A DNA stretch of 64,000 bases from positions 96,001 through 160,000 of the forward strand of contig JBIPSI010000004.1 of NCBI GenBank assembly GCA_044070495.1, written 5' to 3'. The notes under the pieces are model-generated. The model worked only from the letters and a program-made list of their open reading frames with translations, was not told the DNA's origin and did no database searches. How positions within the stretch are numbered: the stretch's first letter is position 1; every line of letters begins with the position of its first letter. The position numbers were made by a program, and so were the translations under genes. Of this stretch, positions 60,483 to 64,000 are shown piece after piece. Origin of the DNA: Spirulina sp. Its GTDB lineage: Bacteria > Cyanobacteriota > Cyanobacteriia > Phormidesmidales > Phormidesmidaceae.

Positions 60483-60829
60483 TGGGGGGCTTGCGGATAT
60501 AGGGTTTTACCTTCGGCTAAGAGTTGACGGATAAAGGGCCGATTGGCCCGCTGGGCTAGTTCCGCTGGGGTGTAGACGATCACCTCTACTGGGGCAGGGG
60601 CATCCACTAACAGGGCCAACACCTGACCCATGCGCTCCAGGGGCGGCAACGTGCAATCCCACACGAGGAAGAGATCAATATCGGAGCGACGGGTGGCACT
60701 GCCCCTGGCCCAAGACCCAAATAAAATAATGCGCTCTGGGGCGATGTGCTGGCAGAGGCGGGCTACGGCGATGGTAAGCCAGTCGGCGAGGGTGGCGGCG
60801 GTGGGGCTGGGCGGCTGGGGGAACGGCAT
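60479..60829 (-). CDS. Minimal nucleotidyltransferase (MNT)
   Basis: LFGSWARG...SDIDL; 4-bp overlap with HEPN gene. Confidence 0.88.
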   Translation of the reverse strand: MPFPQPPSPTAATLADWLTIAVARLCQHIAPERIILFGSWARGSATRRSDIDLFLVWDCTLPPLERMGQVLALLVDAPAPVEVIVYTPAELAQRANRPFIRQLLAEGKTLYPQAPQ

Positions 60830-60872
60830 GGGTTAGGCCTAGTGGGTGGCTGAGATCAAGCGGTCTACCATG

Positions 60873-63800
60873 TTACGGGATGGGCGGATGGTTTTGGAGG
60901 TGGGTGGCGCACTGGGCGCTGAGGTCGGGGTCGGGGCGAACACGCAGGAAGGATTGAATTTGGGTGCAGCCACGGGTAATGAGATCGTCAAGGCCGTTGT
61001 CAATGGGCCAAATGCGGTGGGTGTCATTGTCGAAATAAGTGACGATATATCGCTCATCTGGGGTAACGGAATCATGGCCAACCCTGCCAGGAAACTCAGC
61101 GAGAAGATCACCCCTAGGGCTCCAAATCCGGGTAATGCCATCAGCAGAGTTAGTCATGATATTGCCCATCCTCGGCGTAAAGGCGATGAACTCGCCCTCC
61201 AACAGCACCCCCTCCTGGTCAAGACTATCAAAGCTATACCACCGAGATTGGCCGTTGCTGGAGACGGTAATGAGGCCATCGGGCGTAAAGCCTGTAACCA
61301 TGCCCTCCAACGGCATGCCCTCCCGGTCAAGACTATCAAAGCTATACCACCGAGATTGGCGGTCGCTACGGGAGTAGGTAGCAAAACCATCGGGCGTCAA
61401 GGTGCTGAACGCGCCCTCCAACGGCATGCCCTCCCAGGCAAGACCATCGAAGCTGTACCACCGAAATTGGCCGTCGCTAGGGGAGTAGGTAATCAAGCCA
61501 TCGGGTATAAAGTCTCTGAACTCACCCTCCAGCGGCACGCCCTCCTGGTCAAGACCATCGAGGCTGTACCACCAGGATTGGCCGTCGGAGACGGTAATCA
61601 AACCATCTTTATTGGGTGTAAAGGCCTGGAACCCACCCTCCAACGGCACGCCCTCCTGGTCGAGACCGTTGAGGCTGTACCACCAGGATTGGCCATCGCG
61701 CCAGGAGTAGGTAATCAAGCCATCTTTATTGGGTGTAAAGGCCTGGAACATACCCAAAAGCGGTACGCCCTCCTGGTCGAGACCATCGAGGCTGTACCAC
61801 CAGGATTGGTCATCGCTAGAGGAGTAGGTAATCAAGCCATTGGGCGTAAACTCTCTGAACTCGCCCTTCAACGGGATTCCTTCCTGGTCAAGACCATCCA
61901 GGCTGTACCACCAGGATTGGCCGTCGTTGGAGACAGTAATCAGGCCATTGGGCGTAGATTCTCTGAACGTGCCCTCTAACGGCACACCCTCCCGGTCGAG
62001 ACCATCGAGGCTGTACCACCAGGATTGGGCATCGCTAGAGGAGTAGGTAATCAAGCCATAGGGCGTAAATTCTCTGAACTCGCCCTTCAACGGGATTCCT
62101 TCCTGGTCAAGATCATCCAGGCTGTACCACCGAGATTGGCCGTCGCCACGGGAGTAAGTAATCAGGCCATCGTTATTGGGTGTAAAGTCTCTGAACTCAC
62201 CCTCCAACGGCACGCCCTCCTGGTCAAGACCATCGAGGCTGTACCACCGAGATTGGCCGTCGTTGGAGACGGTAATCAGGCCATCGCCCTTGGGTGTAAA
62301 GGTTCTGACCCTCCCTTTGCCTGGATAAAACGCAGATCGTAAGGATACAAAGTGAGTAATGTCACGAGTGCTGGAAACGGTAATGAAGCCATCGTTCTTG
62401 GGCGTAAATTCTCTGAAGATGCCCACAAAGGACACCCCTTCCTGCTCTTGGCCATCGAAGCTGTACCACCGGGATTGGTGATCAAACAAGGATAAAGTAA
62501 TCAGGCCATCGCCCTCAGGTGTAAAGGCCATAAACTCGCCCACAAATGGCCCCCGTTCCTGCTCTTGGCCATCGAAGCTGTACCACCGATACTGGCCATA
62601 ACCGCTATAGGTAATCAGGCCATCGCCCTTGGGCGTAAATGCCTTAAACTTGCCCTCAAACGTCACTCGTTCCTGCTCTTGACCACCAAGGCTGTACCAC
62701 CAGGATTGGCCATTAGAGGCGGTAATCAGGCCATCGCCCTCAGGTGTAAAGGCCATGAATTCGCCCACAAATGGCACCCCCTCCTGGGAAAGACCATTGA
62801 GGCTGTACCACCGATACTGGCCATCGCTAGGGGAGAAGGTAATCAGGCCATCGCCCTTGGGCGTAAAGGCTCTGAACTCGCCCTCAAACGTCACCCCCTC
62901 CTGCTCTTGGCCATCGAGGCTGTACCACCGGGATTGGCCGTCAGAGTAGGTAATCAGACCATCGCCATTGAGTGTAAAGGCTAGGAACTCACCCTCAAAC
63001 GCCAGTGTCTCCGGTGAACTGTTGAGCACCAGCCTGAGGGCAAGAACAGGGCTATGGGCGGGATAGTTTTGCAGCGTGAGGAAGTGGCTAGGCTGGTCTC
63101 TGAGCAGTCCTTTCAAATCCAGTGCCATCTTTAAAGCCTGCTGCAACCCTTCAAAGGTTCTAATTCTCTCCTCTGGTAGCCGCAGAAAGGCCATACCAGC
63201 TTGCTCTAGGCGGGTTCCTCGTATGGCAATATCCCGCGCACCTGTCGCTGCATCTCTTGCGGCTTCGGCTTCGGCCTTAGCAATTTCTGCCCCATCATAG
63301 GCTCTCTGGGCCGCATCAGCCCGCCGCTCATTTTCATCCGCCAAACGACTAGCTATCAGCCGTTCCTGCTCCGCCTGCTGCCGCTCTCTCTCCGCCACCA
63401 ATTTAGCCTGTCGTGCCGCTGCCGCCGTTTGTTGGGCTGTCGCTGCACCTTGCCTCACTCTCTCCATCTCGCTCTTATTTTCCGCCAACTCTTCCCGGTT
63501 TTGCCGTAGTTCCTGCTTCTGTTCGACTAACTCTGTCTGGGCAGCAGCTAACTCTGTCTCGGCAGCAGCTACTGTTTGGCTAAGTTCTCTGGCCCGTGTA
63601 CTACGTTCTCCTGCCACAGTAAAACTCACTATCGAAGCAACAATGCCCACGACCGAAATACCAGAGGCGATTTTGGCTAACCTAGATCGACTCTTGACCT
63701 TACGGGTCTTGTCCTGAAGCAGTATTTCCGCATCCTGAAGCTTTTTTCCCTGCTCCTGAAGCTGTATCTCAGCATCTTGACTCAGCCGTTCAAATTCCTG

Positions 63801-64000
63801 GCGCTTGGCTTCTGTCTGCTGGGTAATAACTTCCTTTTGCCGTAACGCTTCATCCTTTTGTCGTAATGCTTCATCCTTTTCCTGCAAGGCCAACTGCGCT
63901 TCCCGGTTCTCTAACTCATGACTCGCCCGGAAATAGCGCTGATCCTGATCGCCCAGCGCCCGATCCTTCGCCCACTCCTGGGCATCTGTTAAATCCTGGC
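60873..64000 (-). CDS. Large coiled-coil/TM/beta-propeller repeat protein, 5' end outside window (probably NTPase-WD40 type)
   Basis: Frame stays open to the window edge (DAQEWAKDRALGDQDQRYFRAS); 15 WYS repeats; C-terminal LDDLITRGC. Confidence 0.85.
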   Translation of the reverse strand, partial: QDLTDAQEWAKDRALGDQDQRYFRASHELENREAQLALQEKDEALRQKDEALRQKEVITQQTEAKRQEFERLSQDAEIQLQEQGKKLQDAEILLQDKTRKVKSRSRLAKIASGISVVGIVASIVSFTVAGERSTRARELSQTVAAAETELAAAQTELVEQKQELRQNREELAENKSEMERVRQGAATAQQTAAAARQAKLVAERERQQAEQERLIASRLADENERRADAAQRAYDGAEIAKAEAEAARDAATGARDIAIRGTRLEQAGMAFLRLPEERIRTFEGLQQALKMALDLKGLLRDQPSHFLTLQNYPAHSPVLALRLVLNSSPETLAFEGEFLAFTLNGDGLITYSDGQSRWYSLDGQEQEGVTFEGEFRAFTPKGDGLITFSPSDGQYRWYSLNGLSQEGVPFVGEFMAFTPEGDGLITASNGQSWWYSLGGQEQERVTFEGKFKAFTPKGDGLITYSGYGQYRWYSFDGQEQERGPFVGEFMAFTPEGDGLITLSLFDHQSRWYSFDGQEQEGVSFVGIFREFTPKNDGFITVSSTRDITHFVSLRSAFYPGKGRVRTFTPKGDGLITVSNDGQSRWYSLDGLDQEGVPLEGEFRDFTPNNDGLITYSRGDGQSRWYSLDDLDQEGIPLKGEFREFTPYGLITYSSSDAQSWWYSLDGLDREGVPLEGTFRESTPNGLITVSNDGQSWWYSLDGLDQEGIPLKGEFREFTPNGLITYSSSDDQSWWYSLDGLDQEGVPLLGMFQAFTPNKDGLITYSWRDGQSWWYSLNGLDQEGVPLEGGFQAFTPNKDGLITVSDGQSWWYSLDGLDQEGVPLEGEFRDFIPDGLITYSPSDGQFRWYSFDGLAWEGMPLEGAFSTLTPDGFATYSRSDRQSRWYSFDSLDREGMPLEGMVTGFTPDGLITVSSNGQSRWYSFDSLDQEGVLLEGEFIAFTPRMGNIMTNSADGITRIWSPRGDLLAEFPGRVGHDSVTPDERYIVTYFDNDTHRIWPIDNGLDDLITRGCTQIQSFLRVRPDPDLSAQCATHLQNHPPIP

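Noticed and set aside
60846..61979. 377-aa repetitive plus-strand ORF; also DGR or CRISPR reading of the repeats
   Set aside because: Stop-free antisense frame propagated by repeat duplication; no RT or cas genes and no unique spacers

Overview
Chromosomal window from a moderately GC-rich cyanobacterium, probably filamentous and non-heterocystous (inferred from gene content, uninterrupted nifHDK and intergenic repeat families). 1-8.5 kb is a minus-strand nif operon (nifB-nifS-nifU-nifH-nifD-nifK-nifZ, continuing off the left edge) with a long nifB leader and upstream GAGTACA-type motifs. The rest mixes housekeeping genes (ftsY, acyl-ACP synthetase, frmA/fghA, hflX, ald, hydA, lepA) with accessory modules: three toxin-antitoxin-like pairs, two Uma2 nucleases, an ATPase/TPR pair, an ABC permease-M1 peptidase fusion, SH3 proteins with a Ser/Thr kinase, a partial beta-propeller repeat protein, an IS4 remnant, and several MITE/REP families. 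The best candidate for an undescribed system is at 20.38-22.10 kb: a near-consensus sigma70 promoter, then a ~220-nt nested multi-stem RNA, an intact NYN (PIN-fold) nuclease, a long intergenic hairpin, and an RNase III with two tandem dsRBDs, all in an AT-rich patch beside a broken IS4. Two more multi-stem candidate RNAs lie at 42.75-42.97 kb and 57.50-57.65 kb. No tRNA, rRNA or CRISPR array was recognised. All structures were paired by eye and all annotations come from motif recognition, with no searches run.
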